Under the pieces are notes generated by a model. It was given only the letters and a program-made list of their open reading frames with translations, was not told the origin of the DNA and made no database searches. From the IMG/VR virus record IMGVR_UViG_3300012680_000002, positions 1-33,971 of that record: a stretch of 33,971 nt of DNA, one strand, 5' to 3'. Below, piece by piece: positions 9,156 through 18,337 of the stretch (positions are counted from its first letter, which is position 1; the number at the start of each line of letters is the position of its first letter). This stretch comes from a virus. Lineage: Duplodnaviria > Caudoviricetes. The position numbers and the translations under genes are program-made.

Positions 9156-9236
9156 GCTACGGGTTAATACGATTGTTTACCAAATCTGTCCACCTTTAGG
9201 TGGGGACGGGTAGTTGCGTTAAACGGAGGAAGTTGA

Positions 9237-9434
9237 ATGAGTCAGCGTGAAGCCAGCCTAAGCGAGATTCAAGAACGCGTCCTGGGTGATTCCGACGTGA
9301 ACCTCGCAATCGAGCATTGGGTGAAGCGCGCTCTTGAGGGCTGCAATCAAACCATGGCCGACGAGGATCTGCTCGACATCCTAAAAATCGCGTTCAATCA
9401 CCACAGCACAACATCAATCGAGGAGAGCGCATGA
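9237..9434 (+). CDS. Hypothetical protein
   Basis: GGAGG SD; ATGA coupling to the next gene. Confidence 0.65.
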   Translation: MSQREASLSEIQERVLGDSDVNLAIEHWVKRALEGCNQTMADEDLLDILKIAFNHHSTTSIEESA

Positions 9435-9631
9435 GTTCGCCGCGCCTCACTCGATTTATCCACCAACACTCTTCGAAAGACGGCGAAGGCGAGAGGCTCC
9501 AAAGGCTTTGCTCTCTGCGCTGCATGACCTACGGGTGCGACAAGTTGGTGGACGATAAGGGACTGGAGTTCTGCGGCGAGTGCCAAGAAGAGCGGCGAGA
9601 GCGCCGAAATGATGAGGCTAGTGACCGATGA
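9431..9631 (+). CDS. Small Cys-rich hypothetical protein
   Basis: CMTYGC..CGEC; coupled on both sides. Confidence 0.6.
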   Translation: MSSPRLTRFIHQHSSKDGEGERLQRLCSLRCMTYGCDKLVDDKGLEFCGECQEERRERRNDEASDR

Positions 9632-9867
9632 AGTCATCCATCCGTTATGCAATTGAAGGCGGCCTGAAAGACTGCGGACTTCCTGAGGGCGCATTCCTCC
9701 GCATCTTGGCGCGAGTAAAGAACGCCATCACCATAGACATGATTGACGTGATGGAGGGGTGCTCGACTGCGCCTAAGAGTGGTCTTGAGTGCATGGCCGC
9801 GCTGGCCGCGCGGTGGAACGTACTACTAGATAGTGAACGTGACGAAGTGAAGGAAGACGAAAGATGA
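9628..9867 (+). CDS. Hypothetical protein
   Basis: ATGA overlaps on both sides. Confidence 0.6.
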   Translation: MKSSIRYAIEGGLKDCGLPEGAFLRILARVKNAITIDMIDVMEGCSTAPKSGLECMAALAARWNVLLDSERDEVKEDER

Positions 9868-10598
9868 ATAAGGCAGTAGCAATCAAGAGCGCTGGAGCAT
9901 TAGGTAAGATCGAAGACGTTCTGATCAATGGGAACTTGGCAACGCTCTCGCCTGACGATCGGGTTTCCTACTATAAGAACGTTTGCGAAACGCTAGGGCT
10001 CAACCCGCTCACCAAGCCTTTCGATTACATCACCTTGAATAACAAGCTTACGCTCTACGCGCGGAAAGACGCGACAGACCAACTCAGAAGCATCTATAAG
10101 ATTTCGATTCAAATTTCGGCGCGTGATTCAATTGATGGCGTCTACGTTGTTACCGCACGCGCTAAGTCTCCTGACGGAAGAGAAGACGAATCTACGGGTG
10201 CTGTTACGATTACCGGCCTTAAAGGTGAGAGCCTTGCCAACGCATACATGAAGGCGGAAACGAAGGCCAAGCGCCGGGTGACGCTCTCCATCTGCGGACT
10301 GGGATTACTAGACGAGACTGAGGTTGAGTCGATTGACACTGAGCCAACTCCACCCGTCGCCACGGTGTCTAAGTCCGCGCCGACTGTAGCGCCGTTGAAG
10401 GATCCGACACCTGCCGCGCAAACCAAGCAATCGGTCGCAAAGGAAATATTCGCCACAGCCAAGCAGCTGAATCTAAGTCAGGCGGATCTCACGCTATGGG
10501 CTAAGGAAGAATTCAATACGCCTACTGACAAGCTCACGCTCGATCAGATGATTTATTTTTTAGAGACACTCCAAAACGAATTAGGAAGGGACGGATAA
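9864..10598 (+). CDS. Single-strand annealing recombinase (Red-beta/RecT-like)
   Basis: C..LGLNPLTKP..Y, KAETKAKRR..L..CGLG motifs; lies next to ssb. Confidence 0.7.
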   Translation: MNKAVAIKSAGALGKIEDVLINGNLATLSPDDRVSYYKNVCETLGLNPLTKPFDYITLNNKLTLYARKDATDQLRSIYKISIQISARDSIDGVYVVTARAKSPDGREDESTGAVTITGLKGESLANAYMKAETKAKRRVTLSICGLGLLDETEVESIDTEPTPPVATVSKSAPTVAPLKDPTPAAQTKQSVAKEIFATAKQLNLSQADLTLWAKEEFNTPTDKLTLDQMIYFLETLQNELGRDG

Positions 10599-10602
10599 AG
10601 CC

Positions 10603-11358
10603 ATGAAAGATGAACTCCAGAAATTTGAACCACTGAAAGCAGAAATCATTCGCTTTGTCTCGCCCGTGAAGACTCTAAAGGTCAGCGACTTTCATTCGAG
10701 TGATGAGGCGATAGACGTCGCAAAACAAATTAAGAGCTACATCAAGGAACTGGACAAGAAACGCCGAGAGTTAGTGGATCCAATGAATCAGCAAGTCAAA
10801 GCGGTGAACGAATACGTCCGTTCACTCGAGGCGCCTCTCTTGGCGGCCGAGGCTCACGTTAAGTCAGAGCTAAATGCATTCGCATTCATACAAGAGCAGA
10901 AGCGCCGCGAGGAGCAGGCCAAGCTCGAATCCGAGCGCAGAAAAGCCGAGGAAGAGCTCCGTCTGAAGCAGGAGCAAGAGCGCGCATCTCAGCCGATCGT
11001 TGAAGCCGATGAAGACGCTGAGGCGCTTTCGATGTTCGGATGCGAAGCGGAACTATCTCCTCTGGAGCAGAGCCAAATCGAAGAGAAGGTTAGGATGGCG
11101 GAAGCCTTCAATACTCAAAAGTGGAGCACCGATCAGCGCCGAATCAAGAACACTCGCATGACTATTAAATGCGAAATTGCTGACGTCTCACTCGTTCCGA
11201 AAGAGTTCCTGATCGTCACGCTGAACGAAAAGGCTGCGCTCGCAGCCCTGAAGGCTGGCGCAAAGATTCCAGGACTCAAGGTCTGGGAAGAAGCCAACGT
11301 AGCAATCGGATCTAAAACGCGGGTGCCTATGATGGCGTTCGAGGAGTCTGAGTCATGA
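10603..11358 (+). CDS. Coiled-coil recombination-associated protein (Gp157/Gam-like C-terminus)
   Basis: Long coiled coil; C-terminal VPKEF...[10 protein letters not shown]. Confidence 0.5.
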   Translation: MKDELQKFEPLKAEIIRFVSPVKTLKVSDFHSSDEAIDVAKQIKSYIKELDKKRRELVDPMNQQVKAVNEYVRSLEAPLLAAEAHVKSELNAFAFIQEQKRREEQAKLESERRKAEEELRLKQEQERASQPIVEADEDAEALSMFGCEAELSPLEQSQIEEKVRMAEAFNTQKWSTDQRRIKNTRMTIKCEIADVSLVPKEFLIVTLNEKAALAALKAGAKIPGLKVWEEANVAIGSKTRVPMMAFEESES

Positions 11359-11738
11359 TTAATAAAGCAATCGTCGTCGGGCGGCTTGGAACAGCTCCAG
11401 AAGTGCGGCACACGCCGGGCGGATCCACTGTTGCCAACTTCAGTCTCGCCACGAATGAAAAGTGGACGGATAAGTCTGGCGAAAAACAGGAGCGCACCGA
11501 GTGGCACCGCATCGTCGTGTGGGGAAAGCTCGCAGATCTCTGCGGCCAGTACCTCACCAAGGGCCGAATGGCCTACGTCGAAGGAAAACTCCAGACGCGC
11601 GAATACGAGAAGGACGGCGTGAAGAGATACACGACGGAGATCGTCGCGAGCACGGTTCAGTTTCTAGGTGATAGCGGTACGAGTTCAGGGTCGGCGGCGA
11701 GCGGTGATGGGGAATACTCGCCCGGCATGTTCGGTTAG
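11355..11738 (+). CDS. ssb: Single-stranded DNA-binding protein
   Basis: [36 protein letters not shown]; atypical C-terminus EYSPGMFG. Confidence 0.95.
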   Translation: MINKAIVVGRLGTAPEVRHTPGGSTVANFSLATNEKWTDKSGEKQERTEWHRIVVWGKLADLCGQYLTKGRMAYVEGKLQTREYEKDGVKRYTTEIVASTVQFLGDSGTSSGSAASGDGEYSPGMFG

Positions 11739-11755
11739 CTTTTAAGGGGATTGAA

Positions 11756-12313
11756 TTGGGGATTGAAAAGGTTTGGCATCCGTATTGGGACTGGGAGGAC
11801 TACGGTGCTGGCATGTGGCGCTCGGTCGGAAGTGCGCGCGAACGCTCGTGGCACCTCGCCCGTGCAATCGAGTTCACTGGCAACGCGAAGCTATACGGTT
11901 CTTTCATGATGCGCGTGATTCGAGAGTGGCCCATCGCTTGCGAACATCACCTGACGGATGGCTCGATTAATCGAAGAGCTTGGATCGGTCACGCCGCCAC
12001 ATGTCTGGCGATTCAGTGCCCTGAAGATATTACGCGGTCAGCATGGGGACATCTAAATCAGAAGCAGCAAGACGACGCCAATGCCGAGGCAGACGACGCG
12101 ATTAGGACTTGGGAGAGTACTTACATTGAGGGAAAAACTGTTAGAATATGTCTCAAAGTGGCAACGACAAGGATACCCAGACGGGATTCCAGACGAAGCG
12201 GATCTAAAGCTGGAGGCGCTGAACAAGGCTCCATCTTACCGGCTTCTCTGCAAGGCCATTTTGAAAAACGACCGGGCCTTAGTCAGCTTGGGTTATTCGA
12301 AAACAGTCTGTGA
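11756..12313 (+). CDS. Trp-rich hypothetical protein preceding ibrA
   Basis: HPYWDWED..GMW, WPIACEHHLT...NRRAWIGHAA; GGGG SD; 3' ~190 nt overlap the ibrA-like ORF. Confidence 0.75.
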   Translation: MGIEKVWHPYWDWEDYGAGMWRSVGSARERSWHLARAIEFTGNAKLYGSFMMRVIREWPIACEHHLTDGSINRRAWIGHAATCLAIQCPEDITRSAWGHLNQKQQDDANAEADDAIRTWESTYIEGKTVRICLKVATTRIPRRDSRRSGSKAGGAEQGSILPASLQGHFEKRPGLSQLGLFENSL

Positions 12314-13661
12314 GAGTTACATGGCGATAAAGCGCGTAGAGATAGAACAACGAGAGAAACTAAATCAGAATGTCTACGACGCTGCTCGTGCGCGCGTCGC
12401 GAAAGTGTTCGCTGAGTTTGATAACGTGTACGTTTCTTTCAGCGGAGGTAAGGACAGCGGCGCGCTCCTAAATCTCTGCATTGATCACATTCGAGAGAAT
12501 GATCCTAAGCGCAGGATCGGTGTTTTCCACATCGACTACGAAGCGCAGTATCAGATGACAACCGACTACGTGGATGCCGAGCTAAAGAGTAATCGCGATA
12601 TCATCGACGTTTACCGCGTATGTTTGCCACTCGTAGTGCCTTGCGCTACATCCGCCTATTCCGATCATTGGATTCCGTGGGATAACTCCAAGCGGAAACT
12701 CTGGGTGCGTGATTTACCTACAAACGGCATCACTGAACTCAATCATGAGTTTGACTTCTTCACGCGCGGGATGCGCGACTATGACTTTCAAGAACGATTC
12801 GCAGGATGGCTTCACAAGCGAAGTGGAGCTAAAAAAACGGCATGTCTGGTTGGGATTAGAACTCAGGAGTCTCTGAACCGCTGGCGAGCGATCCATAGCG
12901 ATAAGAATAAAAACAAGTACAACGGCGTCAACTGGACTCTCGAAATGCAGCCTGGAGTTTATAACGCTTATCCAATATTCGACTGGAAAGTTGAAGACGT
13001 TTGGATTGCTCACGCGAGGCGCGGCTGGAGCTACAATAAAATATATGACCTGTATTGGAAGGCCGGTCTAACGATCAGTCAGATGCGCGTTGCATCTCCT
13101 TTCATCGAGCAGGGGATTGAGAGTCTAAAGCTCTACAAGGTGATCGACCCAAACAATTGGGGTCGCATGGTTGGCCGAGTGAACGGGGTTAACTTCGCCG
13201 GTATCTACGGCGGAACTACCGCGATGGGCTGGCGTTCGATCAAACTGCCCAAGGGCCACACTTGGAAGAGTTACTTCGAGTTCCTGCTTACAACACTCCC
13301 GCGTGAAGCGGCCGAGAGTTATAAAAAAAAACTACTGATTAGCCAGAAGTTCTGGCGCGAGCGCGGCGGCTGTTTATCTAAAGCTACGGTCGCCAAACTG
13401 AAGAAACTCAAGGTGTCTCACAAGGTCAGTAAGTCTACGGCTTACGCTACGGCTAAGCGTCCTGTGACGATGGAATACCTGGACGATATTGACATCACCG
13501 AATTTCGAGAGATCCCAACCTACAAGCGCATGTGTATCTGCGTAATTAAGAACGACCACCTTTGCAAGTACATGGGTTTCTCGCTGACTAAGACCGAGCA
13601 GGCGATGAGAAGTGACGCCGAGAGAAAATATAAGAGGGTTTATGAAAACAAAAAGAAGTGA
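12126..13661 (+). CDS. ibrA: IbrA/YbdN-like PAPS-reductase-family protein with DUF3440 and an extra N-terminal module
   Basis: PP-loop SFSGGKDS, GIRTQESLNR, YPIFDW, MRVASPF, RVNGVNF, IPTYKRMCIC..KND. TTG 12126 has a GGAG SD; the ORF is open from 12081. Confidence 0.85.
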   Translation: MREKLLEYVSKWQRQGYPDGIPDEADLKLEALNKAPSYRLLCKAILKNDRALVSLGYSKTVCESYMAIKRVEIEQREKLNQNVYDAARARVAKVFAEFDNVYVSFSGGKDSGALLNLCIDHIRENDPKRRIGVFHIDYEAQYQMTTDYVDAELKSNRDIIDVYRVCLPLVVPCATSAYSDHWIPWDNSKRKLWVRDLPTNGITELNHEFDFFTRGMRDYDFQERFAGWLHKRSGAKKTACLVGIRTQESLNRWRAIHSDKNKNKYNGVNWTLEMQPGVYNAYPIFDWKVEDVWIAHARRGWSYNKIYDLYWKAGLTISQMRVASPFIEQGIESLKLYKVIDPNNWGRMVGRVNGVNFAGIYGGTTAMGWRSIKLPKGHTWKSYFEFLLTTLPREAAESYKKKLLISQKFWRERGGCLSKATVAKLKKLKVSHKVSKSTAYATAKRPVTMEYLDDIDITEFREIPTYKRMCICVIKNDHLCKYMGFSLTKTEQAMRSDAERKYKRVYENKKK

Positions 13662-14223
13662 ATATAAGTCGCCGGTCTACGGAGTGATTGCCGTTCCACT
13701 GGATAAGATCCGCGCCAACACCTACAACCCGAACGCCGTCGCACCTCCTGAGATGGAGCTACTCGAAACTTCCATCTGGGAGGACGGCTACACGATGCCC
13801 GTCGTTTGCTACTACATTGCCAGTGAAGACGTTTACGAGATCGTAGACGGGTTCCATCGTTTCACAACGATGAAGAACTCAAAGCGAATCAGGGATCGCG
13901 AACAAGGACTACTCCCCGTAGTGGTCATTGATAAGGACGAGTCGAATCGAATGGCTTCGACGATTCGACATAACCGCGCGCGCGGCTCGCACTCGATTGA
14001 TCTCATGTCTAATATCGTTTCCGAGTTGACCCGCTCAGGCATGAGCGACGCGTGGATCTTGAAACATGTGGGCATGGACAGGGACGAACTCCTGCGACTG
14101 AAACAAATCACGGGACTTGCAGACCTATTCAAAGACAAAGATTTCAGTAAAGCCTGGAGCGAGAAGGACGAGGAAGTGGTGACGGTAGACGAAGACCCAC
14201 ATCAAGGATCGTTACTCGAATGA
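13642..14223 (+). CDS. ibrB: IbrB/YbdM-like ParB/Srx-fold protein
   Basis: YNPNAVAPPEM.LL..SI.EDGYT.P, IVDGFHR, RMASTIRHNRARG.H, LRLKQITGL. Confidence 0.9.
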   Translation: MKTKRSEYKSPVYGVIAVPLDKIRANTYNPNAVAPPEMELLETSIWEDGYTMPVVCYYIASEDVYEIVDGFHRFTTMKNSKRIRDREQGLLPVVVIDKDESNRMASTIRHNRARGSHSIDLMSNIVSELTRSGMSDAWILKHVGMDRDELLRLKQITGLADLFKDKDFSKAWSEKDEEVVTVDEDPHQGSLLE

Positions 14224-14420
14224 TTACGAGAACTGACTGGAAACAATATCGACTCGATAAACTCAAGTCTGTTCTGACTTCAATTGAGCCAGAACTAGAG
14301 AGAACTGAAAAACTCATTTTCGATGAGATCGAAATTGCGGAGGTTCACGAGGTGTTTCAGAGGTATCGCGATTTTTTACATGACCTTACTCATATCAAAC
14401 TTAAATACGGCTTAAATTAA
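14220..14420 (+). CDS. Hypothetical protein
   Basis: ATGA coupling to ibrB. Confidence 0.6.
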   Translation: MITRTDWKQYRLDKLKSVLTSIEPELERTEKLIFDEIEIAEVHEVFQRYRDFLHDLTHIKLKYGLN

Positions 14421-14431
14421 AAGGGGACGCG

Positions 14432-14650
14432 ATGGCTAGACACAAGTTGCTGACAACTAAAGAGGTGAGCGAGTGGCTCCAGATTCCAGAGTCGACATTG
14501 AAGCGGCACCGCAGTAGACCGCCAGAGCGTGAGCCGGTTCCTCACTTGACGCTACCTAATGGCGACGTGCGGTACCGCGAGGATCAGGTGAATCAGTGGA
14601 TCGAGGATCAATCCGAAATTACTAAATTGAGAGTCAAAAGGACCGGATGA
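14432..14650 (+). CDS. xis: Excisionase (HTH_17/AlpA-like winged helix)
   Basis: LLTTKEVSEWLQIPESTL..P......VRY...V.QWI; coupled to integrase. Confidence 0.75.
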   Translation: MARHKLLTTKEVSEWLQIPESTLKRHRSRPPEREPVPHLTLPNGDVRYREDQVNQWIEDQSEITKLRVKRTG

Positions 14651-15798
14651 GCCCGAAGGATTCTAAAAACCGCAACGAGCGATATCCAAATCTTTATCGC
14701 TTACCGAATCAGCCCTCTTGGATCTTTCGAAAATGGTCGAAAGAGAAAAACAAGCAGTTCTGGTGTTCGACCGGACTTGAGTCCGTGGACCGCAATGCGC
14801 CCGCTGCATACCGCTCCGGCCTGGAGAAGTTCAACGAGTGGTTGGGGGCATTCCTTCCGACCGAAGGCTCGACGAATGTTCGTGACCTGGCTCGCGTCGT
14901 GCTGGCGATGAAGGATGACCCAGAACTCTCCGATGCATGGTTTCGCTCGGTGAAGAACCAAATTGAGAACCACATCATCCCGGCAGCGGGCCACATGAAG
15001 CCCAGCCAGCTCACTCGCGAGTGGTGGATGAACTATCAGCGTGAGGAGCGAAAGAAGCCACGCACTCAAGTCCTGAAGAATGGCACAGTGAAAGAATTAC
15101 CCCCGAGGACCAAGCTATTCAATACCCGGAAAGTCCTGATGGAGGTTCTGAAGCTCGCCAAGCAGCGCGGGCTGATTCAAGACGTGCCGGAGTTTCCGTT
15201 GAACGACGCAGAAGCTGCCCCCCCGAGAACGATTCCGAAAGAGACGGTGCTCAAGATTATCCGTTTTGCCGGCCGGATAGTCGCGCGCCAGCACAAGGGT
15301 TCGTGGGCGAAGGAGAGCCGCTACCGCATCGTCCCGCTCAAGCTGCTGGTCTTCATTATGTGGAAGCAGGGCGCTCGGCCCTCGGAGATACTCCAGTATC
15401 GATGGGACATGATCCAATGGAAGGAAGGCACCCACGGGACGATTCACATCCCGGCCCTGATAACCAAGACCCGCCGCGCGCGCCAAGTGGCACTCAACTC
15501 CAAGGTGGCCCGTATCCTCCGATTCCTGGAACCCCGAAAGGAGAGCCCGTGGCTCTTCCCAAGCCCCAGGCTACCGGGCGAACACTCGAAGGATTATGAT
15601 TCTGCCTGGAATGGCGTCATGGCGCGGCTAGGCCTGGACTTCGATATTTACAACCTCAGGGACACCTTCATCACGAACCGATTGAAGGCCGGCAAGAGCG
15701 CCACCTACATCGCCAAATACGTCGACAACTCTGCTGCCATGATCGAGCGGAAGTATGCCGTTGCTGAGCGCGGAATCATGGAGGACGTGGCCGGATGA
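14647..15798 (+). CDS. int: Tyrosine integrase
   Basis: GARPSEI (R), TKT (K), YNLRDT (HxxR variant), C-terminal ERKY; attP directly downstream. Confidence 0.88.
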   Translation: MSPKDSKNRNERYPNLYRLPNQPSWIFRKWSKEKNKQFWCSTGLESVDRNAPAAYRSGLEKFNEWLGAFLPTEGSTNVRDLARVVLAMKDDPELSDAWFRSVKNQIENHIIPAAGHMKPSQLTREWWMNYQREERKKPRTQVLKNGTVKELPPRTKLFNTRKVLMEVLKLAKQRGLIQDVPEFPLNDAEAAPPRTIPKETVLKIIRFAGRIVARQHKGSWAKESRYRIVPLKLLVFIMWKQGARPSEILQYRWDMIQWKEGTHGTIHIPALITKTRRARQVALNSKVARILRFLEPRKESPWLFPSPRLPGEHSKDYDSAWNGVMARLGLDFDIYNLRDTFITNRLKAGKSATYIAKYVDNSAAMIERKYAVAERGIMEDVAG

Positions 15799-15839
15799 CC
15801 CAAATAGCGACGCGTCGGGGCGCACTGCGATGTAAGATT

Positions 15840-16067
15840 TTGGGAGTTTCGTTGGGAGTTAGACAAGAAACTGGCACTACGTGTAGTGTGTTTCCGTGGA
15901 AACGGGGTGTCCTTCTAAGCATCAGGTCAGGGGTTCGAATCCCTTCGGGATCGCCATCTAATCAATCACTTACAAACACATTCTTACACAATGCGTGTGC
16001 ACAACGGCGCATACGAGCGCGATTAAGCGCGTGCTGGAGCGTGCGCGTTGGGAGTTGGTTGGGAGTT
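15840..16067 (+). other. attP: tRNA-derived core, paired arm sites and IHF-like site
   Basis: TTGGGAGTT at 15840, 15852, 16048 and 16059; core ~15911-15956; AATCAATCACTTA (15960-15972) fits the IHF consensus WATCAANNNNTTR. Confidence 0.85.
15911..15956 (+). other. 3' half of tRNA-Arg(UCU) (att core identity segment, not a full tRNA)
   Basis: Anticodon loop CTTCTAA, T-arm AGGGG-TTCGAAT-CCCTT, acceptor strand CGGGATC-G-CCA; no 5' half upstream. Confidence 0.85.
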
Positions 16068-16224
16068 GAAACGACGGGCGACCTGCTCGCTTCCAATCGT
16101 CTCACAAGCGCGTCTTCGCGCGACTCTGCGCTACGAATCTTAGATTTAATTCCAGATCCGCTCATCGAATCCACTCACCCTCATTACTCATCATCACCGC
16201 AGTACCAACACAAGGACTACTATC

Positions 16225-17010
16225 GTGCCTCGTTTTACTAGCGGCTGGATCAAGCTGCACCGCAAGACTCTAGACAGCGACCTAATGAGAAATCCAAACC
16301 TTTGGCGTCTCTGGTGTTGGTTCCTAATGACGGCCACGCGGGAAGAAACCAAAATCATCTGGGAAGGTGCGCAGCGCGTGCTGCCCCCTGGCTCAATTGT
16401 GTATGGCGTCACAGAGCTTGCGGCCAAGTGGGAGTGCTCAAAAGGACTTATCAGTAAATGGGTAAAATACCTCGTTCAGAGTGAACGGATCGTGAACGAG
16501 CCATCCCCTCGTGGCTGCGTGGCAAGTATTTGTAATTGGGACAGTTATCAATCTTACATGGACGAACGTATTGGCGAGCGTGAACAACTCGTGAACACAA
16601 CGAGAACACAACGTGAACACAACGAGAACCTTAATGGAGAAGTTAAGAAAGAAAGAAAGAATACAGCCCGAACTGGAATTCGGGCGACCTACTCAGAGAG
16701 CTTCGAAAAAATCTGGAAGCTCTACGGGAAGGTGGGAAAGAAAGCCGACGCGTCAAAGGCTCTCGAAGATCTTTCTCTAACTCAAGAAGAGTTCACGCAT
16801 CTCCTGAAAGCCATCCCGAGTTACATCGCTGACTGCAGGCGCGCCGACCGGAAACAGCAATATCTGGGAACCTTCTTGAGAGAAGACTGGCGAGACTGGT
16901 ACCGCACGACCCCCGCAGAGCCACAAGAAAGCGATCAGGCGGGTTTTGACCACATCCGTAGGCTCAACGCCCAAGCACTCGCCAAAGTCTCTCGAGATGG
17001 CGCCGTATGA
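16225..17010 (+). CDS. Replication initiator protein
   Basis: GWIKLHRK N-terminus, central HTH, internal iterons, C-terminal FEKIWKLY.K..K..A; AAGGA SD. Confidence 0.8.
   Translation: MPRFTSGWIKLHRKTLDSDLMRNPNLWRLWCWFLMTATREETKIIWEGAQRVLPPGSIVYGVTELAAKWECSKGLISKWVKYLVQSERIVNEPSPRGCVASICNWDSYQSYMDERIGEREQLVNTTRTQREHNENLNGEVKKERKNTARTGIRATYSESFEKIWKLYGKVGKKADASKALEDLSLTQEEFTHLLKAIPSYIADCRRADRKQQYLGTFLREDWRDWYRTTPAEPQESDQAGFDHIRRLNAQALAKVSRDGAV
16579..16641 (+). repeat. Origin iterons: five 11-bp units, consensus CG(T/A)GAACACAA, followed by an A-rich tract
   Basis: Units start at 16579, 16590, 16601, 16612 and 16623 inside the initiator gene, as in lambda O. Confidence 0.75.
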
Positions 17011-17879
17011 GCACGCAGCGCTTTCTCACTTTGACCGATCTTGAGTCTCGAGTTGTTGAGGAGCTTCGCAATCCGCCGTTCGGAGTTGAACTCCCGTACT
17101 GGCCGACCATGACGACGTACACTGGCGGTTTCCGTGGCGGCGAAATCTCGCTGGTCACATCAGGAACTGGCACCGGCAAAACGACAATGCTGGCGAACAT
17201 CGCCACGCAGATCAATACGCTCGGCATCGGGACGTATATCGCTTCAGTTGAGATTGGACCTGTCGCGTTTCTGCTGGCGATGATTTCGGTCGTCTCCCAG
17301 ATGGATCTGAACACGGGTGACAAGTACGATGAAGCCACAATCGAGCGAGTGAAGTCCAAGTGGATGCCGCTGCTTCGCGCGGGTCGGCTGATTTTTGGAC
17401 GCCATGACGACAGGGTGGATCCGACTAAGCTCGCGGAAGAAATTATCGAAGCCAACCAAAAGTACGGCGTCAAGTTCGCAATTTTGGACAATCTGCAATT
17501 TTTCTCTCAAGTTGTGGACGCTCAGAACGAGCGCGCCGAGCAGGACCGAGTCATTCGTGAGTTCGTCAGAGTCGTCAAGCGCGTCCCCGTTCACATCTTT
17601 CTGGTCGTACACACCCGGAAAACAAACAACGATAACCAGCGTGTTGAATCCCTCTCAGATCTCAAGGGTTCGAAGACCCTCGTAGACGAGGCGTGGAACG
17701 TGTTCGCGCTGAATAAGGCGCCAAGCGAGGAGATTCACCGAGGCAATGCCAGCTGGTCTGATCGTGAAATCGTCATCTTGAAAATGCGGCGCAGAGGAAA
17801 GCACGTAGGGAAATCAATCCGCTTCAAGTTTCACGAAGGCGTCTACGCAGAGGCGCAGAACTCAGGAGTGAGTCTATGA
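17007..17879 (+). CDS. SF4 (DnaB/T7 gp4-like) helicase, motor domain only
   Basis: Walker A SGTGTGKTT, Walker B ILDNL, VVHTRK, DLKGS, K.R finger. Confidence 0.85.
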   Translation: MSTQRFLTLTDLESRVVEELRNPPFGVELPYWPTMTTYTGGFRGGEISLVTSGTGTGKTTMLANIATQINTLGIGTYIASVEIGPVAFLLAMISVVSQMDLNTGDKYDEATIERVKSKWMPLLRAGRLIFGRHDDRVDPTKLAEEIIEANQKYGVKFAILDNLQFFSQVVDAQNERAEQDRVIREFVRVVKRVPVHIFLVVHTRKTNNDNQRVESLSDLKGSKTLVDEAWNVFALNKAPSEEIHRGNASWSDREIVILKMRRRGKHVGKSIRFKFHEGVYAEAQNSGVSL

Positions 17880-18337
17880 TCCCGAATGTAACAAAGATGC
17901 TCGATGAGATTCATCGGATCTATAAACCTGGCATGGCGGAGTTTTTCTCAAAGCTCGAGCCGGATCAATGGACCAAGGGTGTTGACGAATTAGAAGCCTG
18001 CCTTATTGGAACTTCGCCAGAAGTCTCACTTCGAGCAATCGCAATCTATAAGTACCGTCGTAAAAAAATGCTCGAAATTTACCAAAGCTACATGGAGCTA
18101 GCCCAACAGGACTACGTCAGTAATCCAATCATCGAAGCCATCCAAAAAAATCTCTACGCCGACGCGTCTGAGCAGACTACGCGAAGGCTAATTCGCTGTG
18201 ACGGATGCACAGGAACTCCCGAGCTTTTGGGATCAATCACGGTAATCGCGTCCGAGGAGACGAATGAGAATGGGGACCCGCATGTTTGGATTAGTACGGC
18301 CTGTCGACAGTGTCAGAAAAAGCGAGGTGCTGCATGA
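17876..18337 (+). CDS. Hypothetical protein with C-terminal Zn ribbon
   Basis: CDGC...CRQC; coupled to the helicase. Confidence 0.65.
   Translation: MIPNVTKMLDEIHRIYKPGMAEFFSKLEPDQWTKGVDELEACLIGTSPEVSLRAIAIYKYRRKKMLEIYQSYMELAQQDYVSNPIIEAIQKNLYADASEQTTRRLIRCDGCTGTPELLGSITVIASEETNENGDPHVWISTACRQCQKKRGAA

Noticed and set aside
15870-15956. Complete tRNA-Arg gene
   Set aside because: No 5' acceptor strand or D-arm, and the 5' anticodon stem does not pair; it is the att core
15795-16241. 148-aa ORF after int
   Set aside because: Runs through attP arm sites and the tRNA segment; the translation has no protein-like features
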